IMG/VR virus record: IMGVR_UViG_3300036826_000050
Span: 207 to 64,206 of that record
Source of the DNA: a virus
Taxonomy: Duplodnaviria; Caudoviricetes
Direction: 5' to 3' (one strand)
Length of the DNA stretch: 64,000 nucleotides
The translations under genes and the position numbers were made by a program. Numbering within the stretch: the first letter of the stretch is position 1; each line of letters starts with the position of its first letter. The notes below the pieces were generated by a model, which ran no database searches, was not told where the DNA came from, and saw nothing but the letters and a program-made list of their open reading frames with translations. Positions 9,578 to 18,880 of the stretch are shown in pieces.

Positions 9578-9843
9578 TTGCTGGCTCCCTTCGCGACCTT
9601 CATGAAGTGGTACAGAGCGTAGCACTCCTCATCGTCCAGCGTCGTGTTGTCGCGAAGATCGACGTGGAGGATTGCCTGGGCCGTGCGTTTGCGCGGCTTG
9701 ACCTGCCAGTACGTGACCGAGCTACCGGCCGGGATCGCAATCACATGAACGCTACCGTGGTCTGCATCCTTGACGCAGCGCTGGCCTGGTTGGATGACTT
9801 CGTTCTCGGGCATAGTCCAATCGCAACGAATCAGATCGCTCAT
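9574..9843 (-). CDS. Hypothetical protein
   Basis: 89-aa ORF coupled to both neighbours. Confidence 0.65.
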   Translation of the reverse strand: MSDLIRCDWTMPENEVIQPGQRCVKDADHGSVHVIAIPAGSSVTYWQVKPRKRTAQAILHVDLRDNTTLDDEECYALYHFMKVAKGASK

Positions 9844-12626
9844 CTCACTCTCCTTAGCAGGTCATGAAGCGTCGGCTCGACCCAGATGTCGCCTTTGAGC
9901 TTTCGTACCATTCGTGCTTCGTACAGAGTTGAGATGATCGCGTTGGCTTCCTCGCGATCTACATTCAGGACTTCCTCAACGTCCTGGCGGCGGAACTTGC
10001 CTGCGCTGCGGAGGAACTTCGCCAAGCCCGGCTTATCCGCCAGGTAGCGCCGAATCCTGCGCCTGTTCTTCATCGCCTCTTTGCGGTCATTGATTAGCTC
10101 GCGCGACCGCTCGGCATATCCGAACCCAGGCATGTCGTAAATCTGATCCATGAACCGGACCGCCGCTTGTACATGCGGTTTACGCACGACGATCCGTTCA
10201 TAGGTGGAGTCCGTCGAGAACAGACGCGCTGCGATAGCGACGGCTAGGCGCGCAATCTTCTCACGAACATTTGCCACTTGGACGAGGGGCGGGTCCTCAA
10301 CGTACCGCTTCCCCATATCGTTCGCTAACTTGTAGACCTCCTGTTCCGCTGAGTCCATCCAGATTACCTGCTCGGGCGTCCGACTCCAAACCCATTGTAC
10401 GAGAGTCATGCAAGCCTCGGCGTTGAACTTCTGTCGGCCAAGCTTATGCCTGCGGTTGATTACCTCTGCTGGTACGTCACCAGCTTGCACACTCATTGCG
10501 AGGTCGAACCTGGCTATGTCCTCTGGGTTCCCGATCAGAGGTTGGATCTGTTGTACACCGTACGTCTTGTCCGACATGCGGCCGCCACGCGGATTACTCA
10601 TCCAGATGATCCGTGTCCTCGCATAGGTCCGCTCTTGCTGGATCTTCGTTAGCTCAGCGACGCCGGATGAGCGGACCGACGACATCTGCGCAATCTCTTC
10701 AGTGGTCAGACCGCCCGCCTCGTCTAGGACAACGAGCCGTCGGTCATTGATCGGAATCGCGCCCCAATTGATCGACCATTCCTTCGCACCGCCGTACTGC
10801 TGCAGACCGCCGATGATGCCCGCGAAGCTTGCTGCCTCACACGACACGACCTCGCCAACGTTGTAGAACCGACAGAGCCTCGTCGCCGCCTCGCTCTTGC
10901 CCGTGCGAGTATCGCCGATGACTAGCATCTCAAGCCAGCCGCGATGAACCCGCTTGCCGTCGAAGTCGAACGCCAGGACCGAGTGGAACGTCAGATCGAG
11001 CGCCGCGTGCATCTCAGGGAGGCCATAGATATGCGTCACGTGCTGGCTTAGGTCGTTCGCAATCTCGCCCAGCCGCCGGAGAGGGGGCTGTCCCCTGCGT
11101 GGCCGGAATCGCTTCATCTTCTGGATCATCGAGTTGTCGAGTGAGAAGCGGTCGATGGAGGATTCGGTCTTGGCTACATCCCACGCTTGAAACTCGTTTG
11201 TATGCTTGCGGGGATCGGGTTGGAGCGCGCCGACGACTCTGACCGTATTGTTCGGTTGCGTATCGTGACGTCCGACCGATGTGATCTTGATCGACTTGTA
11301 ATCGCCTGCGCCGCCATTCCCGCTCGCAGGACCACTCACGTGCTCAACGGACGGTCGTGCGTACAGAATCTCGACTGACTGGTACTCGGTGATCTCGACG
11401 TGAAGCTTGGGGCACTTGACGATATCAGCCCTGGCGCGAGCGGCGTCTTTGACCTGTTTATCGGTCGAGTCCATCATGGCCAAGATCACCGGGTCGCTAC
11501 CGGCGATGATCTGTTCGTCGTCACCAGTCGCGAACAACGGGCAGAAGTTACATTTGACCCCGGCGTCCCGTGTACAGCGGAACCGGACCTTGCGCGGGAT
11601 CGAGTATCCAGGCTCGCGCTTGCCCTTGATAGTCACCGTCAGTCTGACCGGCTTACCGACTTGGCGCGAGTCGAGCGCTTCAAGCGCCGTGGTGTCGGTT
11701 GGGTCGAGTCGCTCAGGTTCCTCAGATGCGAGTTCGGGATCGAACAGTTCGGCCTCTTCCAACAAGCGGAGGAAGCTGCCCGAGTCTTGCTCGTGTTCCA
11801 TCCACCAGTCCGTGAGGTCCTTGCCGTTCTTCTCGATGATGGGGTAGGGTAGGCGCAGTATCCGTACCTCGCGCGCCGACCGCATGAGCGCTCGACCGAT
11901 CCGGCGGTTGGCGTCCTGGCCGGTCTCATCGCAGTCGTGGCAGAGGTAGACAACCTTGTCCTTGAACTCTGAGTTCCACTTTGCGTTCCAGACCAGGGCC
12001 GCGCCAGTCTTGGTGACAGCTGGGAAACCGTTTTGCGAAGTAATAATTGCATCAAGCTCCCCTTCGCACACAATCAGCTTATCGCTATCCATCGACTTGA
12101 TCGGATAGAGGCGCGGCTGATTCATCCCCTCGATGCCCCAGATTTTCCGCCGACCCTTGGGAGGTCGAAGCTGGTAGCGACGGATGTTGAGGATGTCGCC
12201 CTCGACTGAGCGGATCGGGATTGTGTAGCACTCGCGCCCTGAGTCCCAGCCGATCTCATAGTCGGACAGGGTCTTGGTAGTGAGTCCGCGCGTCGTAATC
12301 AGTTCTTCGAGCGCGACCTCATTAGCGTGGAGCGCGCCGATCCAACCCGTGATCTTGGCTTCGCTAATGGTTTCCATCGGTTGCCCGCTAACTCGACCAT
12401 TCGTACCAGAGGGCGATACCCAATTGTCGATCTGGTCGATGAGTTCGCTGATCTTACCGCCGCCGCAACCGGCGTGGCAGTACCAGACGCCCTTCTCAAA
12501 GTTTATCTGAGCGCTCCGCTTACGGTCAACGTGAAGCGGGCAGTGGAGGTCCCACTCCCCATCCTCGCGCGGTCGCTCACCTACGAGGTAGGGACGCAGG
12601 AGCCGAATCTGCTCCTTGGTCGACAT
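9840..12626 (-). CDS. Primase-helicase: CHC2 zinc finger, TOPRIM primase and MCM-like AAA+ helicase
   Basis: CPLH...CHAGC; VCEGELD and CHDCDETG TOPRIM motifs; GDTRTGKS Walker A, VVLDE Walker B, ARFDL arginine finger. Confidence 0.9.
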   Translation of the reverse strand: MSTKEQIRLLRPYLVGERPREDGEWDLHCPLHVDRKRSAQINFEKGVWYCHAGCGGGKISELIDQIDNWVSPSGTNGRVSGQPMETISEAKITGWIGALHANEVALEELITTRGLTTKTLSDYEIGWDSGRECYTIPIRSVEGDILNIRRYQLRPPKGRRKIWGIEGMNQPRLYPIKSMDSDKLIVCEGELDAIITSQNGFPAVTKTGAALVWNAKWNSEFKDKVVYLCHDCDETGQDANRRIGRALMRSAREVRILRLPYPIIEKNGKDLTDWWMEHEQDSGSFLRLLEEAELFDPELASEEPERLDPTDTTALEALDSRQVGKPVRLTVTIKGKREPGYSIPRKVRFRCTRDAGVKCNFCPLFATGDDEQIIAGSDPVILAMMDSTDKQVKDAARARADIVKCPKLHVEITEYQSVEILYARPSVEHVSGPASGNGGAGDYKSIKITSVGRHDTQPNNTVRVVGALQPDPRKHTNEFQAWDVAKTESSIDRFSLDNSMIQKMKRFRPRRGQPPLRRLGEIANDLSQHVTHIYGLPEMHAALDLTFHSVLAFDFDGKRVHRGWLEMLVIGDTRTGKSEAATRLCRFYNVGEVVSCEAASFAGIIGGLQQYGGAKEWSINWGAIPINDRRLVVLDEAGGLTTEEIAQMSSVRSSGVAELTKIQQERTYARTRIIWMSNPRGGRMSDKTYGVQQIQPLIGNPEDIARFDLAMSVQAGDVPAEVINRRHKLGRQKFNAEACMTLVQWVWSRTPEQVIWMDSAEQEVYKLANDMGKRYVEDPPLVQVANVREKIARLAVAIAARLFSTDSTYERIVVRKPHVQAAVRFMDQIYDMPGFGYAERSRELINDRKEAMKNRRRIRRYLADKPGLAKFLRSAGKFRRQDVEEVLNVDREEANAIISTLYEARMVRKLKGDIWVEPTLHDLLRRVR

Positions 12627-12631
12627 GTCGC

Positions 12632-12892
12632 CTACTCGATGCCGAGATATGCGTACAGTTCGCTGCGAACCCTCGACACGCAGTTCATGAAGTCCCGCAA
12701 GTCGATTGTGACCTCGCCGTTGTTGTACACGGCCACCAGTTGATCGAGCCTGTCGTCCTTCTCGAAGACCCAGTAGCCGTGCCGCCCCCGGCGCTCCATC
12801 GAGACATGGCCAATCTCGTGGAGCGCCAGGTAAGCGGCCAACGGCAGGTCACGAGTCCGGAACAGACCGTTGCTGTGTTCCTGACCAGTCAC
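12632..12892 (-). CDS. DUF5659-like small protein
   Basis: FRTRDLPLAAYL...WVF pattern; GAGG SD. Confidence 0.65.
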   Translation of the reverse strand: MTGQEHSNGLFRTRDLPLAAYLALHEIGHVSMERRGRHGYWVFEKDDRLDQLVAVYNNGEVTIDLRDFMNCVSRVRSELYAYLGIE

Positions 12893-12914
12893 CTGACCTC
12901 GTTTCGCCCTTCGA

Positions 12915-13994
12915 TCAGAAGGGGTTGTCGTCGTCCTCGTCGTCCTTGCCGAGCCTGCCGGCCAGGACCTTCTTGGACCCCTTCGTGGACAGGCCGCGCT
13001 CCTGCGCCTCCTTCTTGAGCGCGTCCATCGACCAGGAGTTGTAGTCCACGGGCACCTCGTCGTCCTCGGTGTCGGACGCCTCGATGATCGCCTCGCGGAT
13101 GTCCTCGTCCTCCATGGACTTCTTGACGCTGATGTCGAGTTCGTTCTCGCGGATGTACGCCTTCAGCTCAGAGCGGTCCATGTCGGCCAACTCGGCTTCC
13201 AGGTCGGACTCGGACTCGGTGTCGTCCTCGTCCTCGTCCTCATCCTCGTCCTCGTCCTCGTCATCCTCGTCGTCGGTGTCCTCGTCGGCCTCGTCCTCCG
13301 TGTCGTCGGCGTCCTCGTCGTCCTGGTCCTCGTCCTCGTCCTCGTCCTCCTGCTCCTCGGCCTGCGCCTCCAGGATGGCGCGGATGAGCCGCTTCTTCTT
13401 CATCGGCGTCATCTTGCCGGAGGGCTTGTCCAGCTCGAACTCGTCGGTGGCGACCTCGACCAGCTCCTTGTCGTCCATCGCCTCCAGGTCGGCGCGGGTG
13501 TACTCGTCGCCGTCCTCGTCCTCGTCAGGCTCCGGCTCGGGCGCGGTCTTGCGCGCCGACGCCTTGGCGCCGTCCTTGCCGGCCAGCTGCAGGAGCTTGC
13601 CGACGCGGGGCCGGTAGTTGTCGTCGAGGTCCGTGTCGGGCTTGAGGTTCATCTGGACCTCGGTGCCGACGATCTTGTCGGTGTCGAGGACGCCCTTGTC
13701 CTTGAGGGCGACGGCCTTGATGAACTCCTTCAGCTTCCAGTCGCTCGGCTCGTGCTCCAGGAGCACGTAGGTGTAGACGCGGGCGACCTGCTTCTTCTTG
13801 TCCTTGACCTTGACGGCCTTGCCGTCCGCCGTCTTGACGGGCTGGAGGATGACCTCCAGCATCGGGCCGTTGCCGGACTTCGACTCCTTGTGGTTGATCT
13901 CGGTGATCTTGCCGATGTACATGCCCGGCGGGACGTGCTCGAAGCCGCCGGAGTCGTCCACGTTGGACACGTCATACTTGAGCTTGGGGCTCAC
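12915..13994 (-). CDS. DUF669-type ssDNA-binding protein with SAP/HeH-like repeats and acidic tail
   Basis: FEHVPPGMY...SKSGNGPML N-domain; C-terminal DDDNPF; follows a Sak4-like ATPase. Confidence 0.78.
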   Translation of the reverse strand: MSPKLKYDVSNVDDSGGFEHVPPGMYIGKITEINHKESKSGNGPMLEVILQPVKTADGKAVKVKDKKKQVARVYTYVLLEHEPSDWKLKEFIKAVALKDKGVLDTDKIVGTEVQMNLKPDTDLDDNYRPRVGKLLQLAGKDGAKASARKTAPEPEPDEDEDGDEYTRADLEAMDDKELVEVATDEFELDKPSGKMTPMKKKRLIRAILEAQAEEQEDEDEDEDQDDEDADDTEDEADEDTDDEDDEDEDEDEDEDEDDTESESDLEAELADMDRSELKAYIRENELDISVKKSMEDEDIREAIIEASDTEDDEVPVDYNSWSMDALKKEAQERGLSTKGSKKVLAGRLGKDDEDDDNPF

Positions 13995-14797
13995 GCTGCC
14001 GACCTCCCACTGCGCCTAGTGCGGGCGCGTCGTGTTTTGGCGCCGTTGCGTCTTCTGCTTCTCGACGCCTCGATTCGCTTCATCAGTTCGGGCATGGTCG
14101 GCTTCTGGATTGCCCAGTCGTCGCCGCCCTTGTCGAACTGATTCTTGCCATACCAGACATCCGTGCTGGTAGTATGCAGGACGCGCACGAGCTTGTCCTC
14201 GTCGTCCCGCTGGACCTCCAGGAACGTGACCAAGTTCATATAGCCACAGATCTTGTTGGCCATCTGCTTACCCTGAACCCAGGGCATGAGCTTCACGATG
14301 GGGTCGCCGTCCTCGTCCTTGTCCGGTGAGGCGAGCGGCTCGGAGTGAGCCGTGACGCCAAAGTTGAACAGGTCGGGTCCGACGACGTGACGGACCCAGC
14401 GAGCCAGGCGCGTCATGTTGATATTGTACTCTTGTCTGTCCAGCCCGTACCGGGCGCGTGCCGGTTTCTCGGCGATCACCGTTTCCCAGATGTCGTCGAG
14501 TCCGGCATCTTGCCAGAGTGAGATCGAGTCGAGCCAGACCCAATCCCAGTCTTTGCCGTCATGGCGGAGGTAGTCGAGCGCCTCATGCATCTCATCCCAG
14601 TCGTTGATGATCCATTCTTCAGCCGAGTTACCGGCCACGATGATCGAGTCAACGTGCTCGAACGGAGGTCGCAGGATCAGGACCTTCCCCTCTGACGTCC
14701 CGGCGAACCGCGACTTGCCCGCGCCGGGGTCGCTATGCACGCACAGACGTACGTGCCGCGACCGACCGAGCGGGCGTATGGCGGCTGGTCGAGCCAC
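13991..14797 (-). CDS. AAA_24/Sak4-like ATPase (ssDNA annealing)
   Basis: DPGAGKS Walker A, WLDSIS, VTAH. Confidence 0.85.
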   Translation of the reverse strand: MARPAAIRPLGRSRHVRLCVHSDPGAGKSRFAGTSEGKVLILRPPFEHVDSIIVAGNSAEEWIINDWDEMHEALDYLRHDGKDWDWVWLDSISLWQDAGLDDIWETVIAEKPARARYGLDRQEYNINMTRLARWVRHVVGPDLFNFGVTAHSEPLASPDKDEDGDPIVKLMPWVQGKQMANKICGYMNLVTFLEVQRDDEDKLVRVLHTTSTDVWYGKNQFDKGGDDWAIQKPTMPELMKRIEASRSRRRNGAKTRRARTRRSGRSAA

Positions 14798-15057
14798 TAC
14801 GTGTCTACCTCCTTCTTGTTACGTCGCGCATGTGACCAATCGAGCGACTTTTGGCAAGCCTTCTCCCACTCGCGGATGGAAGTGTTGTACTCGTATGACG
14901 GACGGAGCGCGGCGCGCTTGCGGTCTAAGTATGCGCTATACGTACTCCGCGCGACCCAGATGCCGAGTAGCACTATGACTACAAGCCAGCCGAGGATCGC
15001 TATGTCTAACCAGCTCACTGGACGCCTGGTTGGTTCCGCGTTCCATCCAACCCGCAC
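14797..15057 (-). CDS. Small membrane protein
   Basis: One hydrophobic segment IAILGWLVVIVLLGIWV. Confidence 0.6.
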   Translation of the reverse strand: MRVGWNAEPTRRPVSWLDIAILGWLVVIVLLGIWVARSTYSAYLDRKRAALRPSYEYNTSIREWEKACQKSLDWSHARRNKKEVDT

Positions 15058-15122
15058 GAAACGGGGGACAGTTGCTTATGGTCAGGTCGTTTACACACGA
15101 GGCTCTTCACCTGCGGCCCAGC

Positions 15123-15440
15123 TCAGTTGAACCATGCGGCTTGGCGCCGCAGTTCGGTCGTCGTCAGTTCCGTCAAGACCTTGTGGACGGCCTCGGCGGT
15201 GAGTTGCAACGTGACCTCTGCGGACCCGAGCGCATCCGTTACCGCGCGCCTGATCTCGTCGCGCTCGCCTCGCATCCGCTTCAGTTGCTCGCGCAACGAC
15301 TCGACCGCCTGACCGGCGCCCATGAGCGCATGGATGACGATTATGTCTGACAACGCCATGCGCAGCATCGTGCTGGGCGATCCGTCCAGGACGGCACGCT
15401 TCAGCTGATCGACTGTGGGTACAGTCGGAGTCTTGCTCAT
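15123..15440 (-). CDS. Hypothetical coiled-coil protein
   Basis: 105-aa ORF with AGGAG SD. Confidence 0.65.
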   Translation of the reverse strand: MSKTPTVPTVDQLKRAVLDGSPSTMLRMALSDIIVIHALMGAGQAVESLREQLKRMRGERDEIRRAVTDALGSAEVTLQLTAEAVHKVLTELTTTELRRQAAWFN

Positions 15441-15455
15441 ACTACTTGCTCCCTT

Positions 15456-15695
15456 CTACTTGCGCTTCTTACGTGACTTCGACTTCTTGCGCTTCCTGCC
15501 GCCCTTGCCGGCAGTCTTGCTCATCGTGAGCGCGAGGCGGGCGCGCTGCCCGACCTTCCCCGGCCGTTTGGCCGCCGCTCGGACCTTGCTCTTGGGGATC
15601 TTCTTGCCCTGTGGTACTCCCAAGTCTCGGTGCAGCTGGCCCGGTCGCTTGACCGCGCTCTGCATCCACTTCTTCTTCTTGCGCTTCTTGGCCAT
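15456..15695 (-). CDS. Very basic small protein (putative nucleic-acid binding)
   Basis: K/R-rich; core WMQSAVKRPGQLHRDLGVPQGKKIP...RARLALT. Confidence 0.7.
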   Translation of the reverse strand: MAKKRKKKKWMQSAVKRPGQLHRDLGVPQGKKIPKSKVRAAAKRPGKVGQRARLALTMSKTAGKGGRKRKKSKSRKKRK

Positions 15696-15697
15696 GT

Positions 15698-16813
15698 TCA
15701 GTATCGCTCCGGTATCTCATGGGCCGCATACGGCTCCCACGTCGTCATCGACGCATCGCGGTACGCTTCCCAGTCATTCCCGGTCTCATGCAACTCACAC
15801 ATATCGCGGAACGGGCACCCGCGACAGTTTGGCATGAACAGCGGACCGGGGTTCTTGTAGTACGCCCGTTCGCCCTGACGAATCAGATACATGTCCGTGT
15901 ACTCGTCAAGGACACGCTGGTGCATATTGATACGGTCTGCTCGATCACGGTACACCGGCCAGCGCTTGAAGGCTGGAGCCGCCTGCTGCTTTGAGATCGA
16001 ACCGTCCTTGTTCAGCTTCCGACCCAGCTCGTCATACTTGTACGCCGGGTCTGGCGCCCACTTGCGCAGGAAGTTGTACATGATATGCGTCGGCATCTGA
16101 TCGGCCCTGAGGATACCTTTACGACGCAACCACTTGGGCGCGTACGTCCAGTACGATCCCGCCTGCTCGTCCATCTGGAGCGCGTCCGTGGCGATGGCTT
16201 TCGTTGTCTTGTGCTCGGGGAAGAAGATGTCCTTGTTGGACCGATCCTCCCAAACCCCGTCGAGCGTCCCGACAAAGCGGAACCTGACGAGGCCATGTCC
16301 CTCTATCTCGACCTTGAGCGGAACGTAGAAGATTTGCTCCGACGATATGACCCGATACTGCTCGTCGGCCTCGCGATACGTCTCAACGTAACGCTCCAAC
16401 ATTGAGACGCCTAGGTGACCAGCTTCGTGCCAATCCCCATCCTCGTCCGTGAAGCCCTCCGCGTACTCAGACTCGCGCTTCGCCTCGAACAGACGCTCGA
16501 ACACCTTAGCTGGATGCGGCCCGCGCTTGACGCCCGGCTTGTAGTAGCGGGCGAGCGCCTGGTGGACAAGGTCGCCGAACTTGAGCGGTGGAGCCTCTTC
16601 AGTCGGCTTGAGAAACTCGTTGAAGTTCCAGTGCCACTGTTGGCCACAACGCTTGAACGTTGTACGCTCCGAGTTCCGCAACAGAGGAAGGCTGGTACTG
16701 TTTCTACTCATGGGCTTCCGGCGTCGGCTGTCTGATCCACCGGCCGACCCCCGGAGTCTACCGGACGACCCCTTGCCTCGTAAAGGCGACACCGCTACGA
16801 GCGAGTTTTTCAT
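15698..16813 (-). CDS. Cas4/RecB-like PD-(D/E)XK exonuclease
   Basis: N-terminal Cys, FGDLVH, GTLDG, EHKT, C-terminal CRGCPFRDMC Fe-S staple. Confidence 0.88.
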   Translation of the reverse strand: MKNSLVAVSPLRGKGSSGRLRGSAGGSDSRRRKPMSRNSTSLPLLRNSERTTFKRCGQQWHWNFNEFLKPTEEAPPLKFGDLVHQALARYYKPGVKRGPHPAKVFERLFEAKRESEYAEGFTDEDGDWHEAGHLGVSMLERYVETYREADEQYRVISSEQIFYVPLKVEIEGHGLVRFRFVGTLDGVWEDRSNKDIFFPEHKTTKAIATDALQMDEQAGSYWTYAPKWLRRKGILRADQMPTHIMYNFLRKWAPDPAYKYDELGRKLNKDGSISKQQAAPAFKRWPVYRDRADRINMHQRVLDEYTDMYLIRQGERAYYKNPGPLFMPNCRGCPFRDMCELHETGNDWEAYRDASMTTWEPYAAHEIPERY

Positions 16814-17337
16814 ATTAGGTCGCTCACCTTCTTGACCATATGGCGCGTCGCATCACGTTTGTGTTCGGAACCGACCACCCAAGCGCCCCAGCGCTTCATG
16901 CGCTCGTTCGTGACGTACTTCTTGGCGGCCGACGGCGATTGATACTCGATCATGATCCAACGAACCAGATGTACATTCAGAGCGAGTGTCTCCATCCCCT
17001 CTGCAACCCGGACCGGATCGAGCATTCTCTGGTCGGACCCGGCTCCATGAGCCTTCTTGAGTCGCAAGGCGAACGACTCACAGACAAGGTGTATGTCCGG
17101 TATCGCGACACCGGCGATGTTCCAGGCTGCTTGGCGGTCGCGGAACTCATCCATGATCTGCCACGCCTGTTCTGCGGGAGTGCCCTCGACCTCCCAAGCC
17201 TCCCAGTCAGCTTGTTCGATGCAACTGGTGATATCGGCGGCTGCGTGGAACAGCCCCGCTACTGCGCCGGATTTGGTTCCAGGATCGACCGCCATGACAG
17301 CGAACAGACTCGGGACGCGATGGACGAGCGGACTCAT
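16810..17337 (-). CDS. RuvC-like Holliday junction resolvase
   Basis: MAVDPGTKSG, VCESF, HKRDA; start at MSPLV coupled to upstream stop. Confidence 0.75.
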   Translation of the reverse strand: MSPLVHRVPSLFAVMAVDPGTKSGAVAGLFHAAADITSCIEQADWEAWEVEGTPAEQAWQIMDEFRDRQAAWNIAGVAIPDIHLVCESFALRLKKAHGAGSDQRMLDPVRVAEGMETLALNVHLVRWIMIEYQSPSAAKKYVTNERMKRWGAWVVGSEHKRDATRHMVKKVSDLI

Positions 17338-17624
17338 GTCCGTCCCCTGACCACATCTACCATCCAACCCTCGGGGACGTTGCCGACGTAGCGATGGTCG
17401 CGCTTGCCCTTGTAGGAGTCGCACGTCCAGGAGCGATGCGTCCGCCGATAGCAAGTCTCGACGGACCCTGTGTGGACACGGATGTACGGAATCTTGCGTC
17501 CGCTGTTCGCGGGCGGGACCGCAAGGATCATGTAGATCAATTCGCGGTGTCCCCATGTCTTGACGAACACGTCACCAGGAGTGACGAACGTGTCGTCAGT
17601 TCCTTGCTTAGCCATCAGGCTCAT
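17334..17624 (-). CDS. Hypothetical protein
   Basis: 96-aa ORF with AAGGAG SD. Confidence 0.65.
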   Translation of the reverse strand: MSLMAKQGTDDTFVTPGDVFVKTWGHRELIYMILAVPPANSGRKIPYIRVHTGSVETCYRRTHRSWTCDSYKGKRDHRYVGNVPEGWMVDVVRGRT

Positions 17625-17641
17625 ACCTGCTCCTTGTCTTA

Positions 17642-17797
17642 CGCGGGGGTCCCGGCGACCCCACCTACTCCACTAGTCGAGTCGTGGCCTCCCGATCCCG
17701 TAGACGACCCCGCACGTACCCCCGTAGCGCGGGGGTGCCTACGCGATCGGGAGGTCACCCGAGCCGAGCCTCGCGCGCGAGCGTGGGGACCCCCGCG
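17642..17797. ncRNA. Candidate structured RNA or DNA hairpin (long nested rod)
   Basis: Perfect 12-bp stem 17642-53/17786-97; 14-bp stem 17684-97/17745-58; further inner stems; fills an intergenic gap. Confidence 0.5.
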
Positions 17798-17799
17798 AG

Positions 17800-18024
17800 T
17801 CATGACCATTCTCCTACAGGTTCTGCGCGCTTGCCGGCGTGCGGCCCTTGTACATCCAAGTCCGGGTCGATGATGAATGACCCGAACTTCATCCTCGGAT
17901 TACGAATGACGAGTCCGCAGTCTGCGAAGCCGTTGCGATGCACCCAGCAAATCTCGTCCCAGAAGATCGGCTCGCCGCAATGCCTACAGGGCACGCCGTC
18001 AGGAGTAGGGGTCATGGAGCGCAT
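17800..18024 (-). CDS. Small Zn-ribbon-like protein
   Basis: CRHC...WVH...C. Confidence 0.5.
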   Translation of the reverse strand: MRSMTPTPDGVPCRHCGEPIFWDEICWVHRNGFADCGLVIRNPRMKFGSFIIDPDLDVQGPHAGKRAEPVGEWS

Positions 18025-18262
18025 CCCTCAATGCGCGCATCGCGACGGCCGCGACTTGTAGGACCTCCTGGCGAGTCTCGGCCCAGTGACCCTCGAAGCG
18101 CTCCATGCGCCAGGCGATCAGCGCTTCTTCAAGCTCATCTTCGATACAGGCGAGCGCGAGCCTTGACTTACCGAGGATGGTCCCCTCGAACGGTCCGTGC
18201 TTATTGTCCTGGCGCTTGATCTCGTCTACGAGACTGCGCAATAGATCGGCTTCATCCATCAT
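17999..18262 (-). CDS. MazG-like NTP pyrophosphohydrolase
   Basis: IEDELEEA...QEVLQVAAVA all-alpha pattern. Confidence 0.7.
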   Translation of the reverse strand: MMDEADLLRSLVDEIKRQDNKHGPFEGTILGKSRLALACIEDELEEALIAWRMERFEGHWAETRQEVLQVAAVAMRALRDALHDPYS

Positions 18263-18582
18263 TGGATCATCCGTTCGATGGCGGCTTGGATATCTTGCGC
18301 CGCTGAGTCCATGTCGTTCGGATCCATGACGACTATCTCGTCAGCGACCTTCTGCAACTTCTGCGGGATGTGCGCGCCTTCTACGACGACGAGGATGATC
18401 GGCTTCTCATACATGATCGACGCGCCTAGCTCGATCCAGTACTTGGCGTCGCCCTTGTTCGGCTTGTCGCGCGCTCCTGGCATGATGGATACGGCGAATG
18501 CGCTCTCGAACAGCTTTGGGAACATTTCCCTGAGAGCAAGCTCGATGAACTCGTCAACCTCAGGGTCGTCTTCAGGTAGCAC
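18259..18582 (-). CDS. Hypothetical protein, nucleoside-deoxyribosyltransferase/TIR-like flavour
   Basis: WIELGASIMYEKPIILV motif; GTG start after AAGGAGG. Confidence 0.55.
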   Translation of the reverse strand: MLPEDDPEVDEFIELALREMFPKLFESAFAVSIMPGARDKPNKGDAKYWIELGASIMYEKPIILVVVEGAHIPQKLQKVADEIVVMDPNDMDSAAQDIQAAIERMIQ

Positions 18583-18748
18583 GGCGGGCCTCCTTCTGCT
18601 CGGCGTACGAGCCGGGGCTGAAGCTATTGTCGATGACAGCCTCAACCCGCAACCTGATCTCTCGTTCAACAACCTCGCGTTCCTCACCGTCATCCGAGAT
18701 TGAGAACAGGTATTCGATCACCGCCTTCGTGATATCGTCAGCTAACAC
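18572..18748 (-). CDS. Small hypothetical protein
   Basis: Hand-read 58-aa ORF (MLADDITKAVIEYLF...) with AGGAGG SD. Confidence 0.6.
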   Translation of the reverse strand: MLADDITKAVIEYLFSISDDGEEREVVEREIRLRVEAVIDNSFSPGSYAEQKEARRAT

Positions 18749-18777
18749 TCCGAGCCGCCTCCTACGGGTAGTCGATT

Positions 18778-18880
18778 CATCGCGTACGACCCGTGCTCCG
18801 GCCCCTCTCCGTGGATGAGAGGCCGGGGCTAAGGGTCGGGGTAGGGTAGCTACCCATCATGGGTTCTCCGGGCCTTTACG
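18778..18880 (-). repeat. Dispersed ~103-bp element, copy A
   Basis: AAGGCC..GAGA...CATGATG..CCGACCCTT..CCACGGAG-N6-CGGAGC..CGTACGCGATG; ungapped against copies B and D. Confidence 0.8.

Noticed and set aside
13200-13360. (TCCTCG/TCG)n tandem repeats, also near 27920, 28290 and 41560
   Set aside because: Explained by Asp/Glu codon runs in proteins; not CRISPR or VNTR arrays
15698-16813. Cas4-like nuclease as evidence of CRISPR-Cas
   Set aside because: No array or other cas genes; ordinary phage recombination exonuclease context
17642-17797. Possible tRNA
   Set aside because: No cloverleaf, T-loop or CCA; too long
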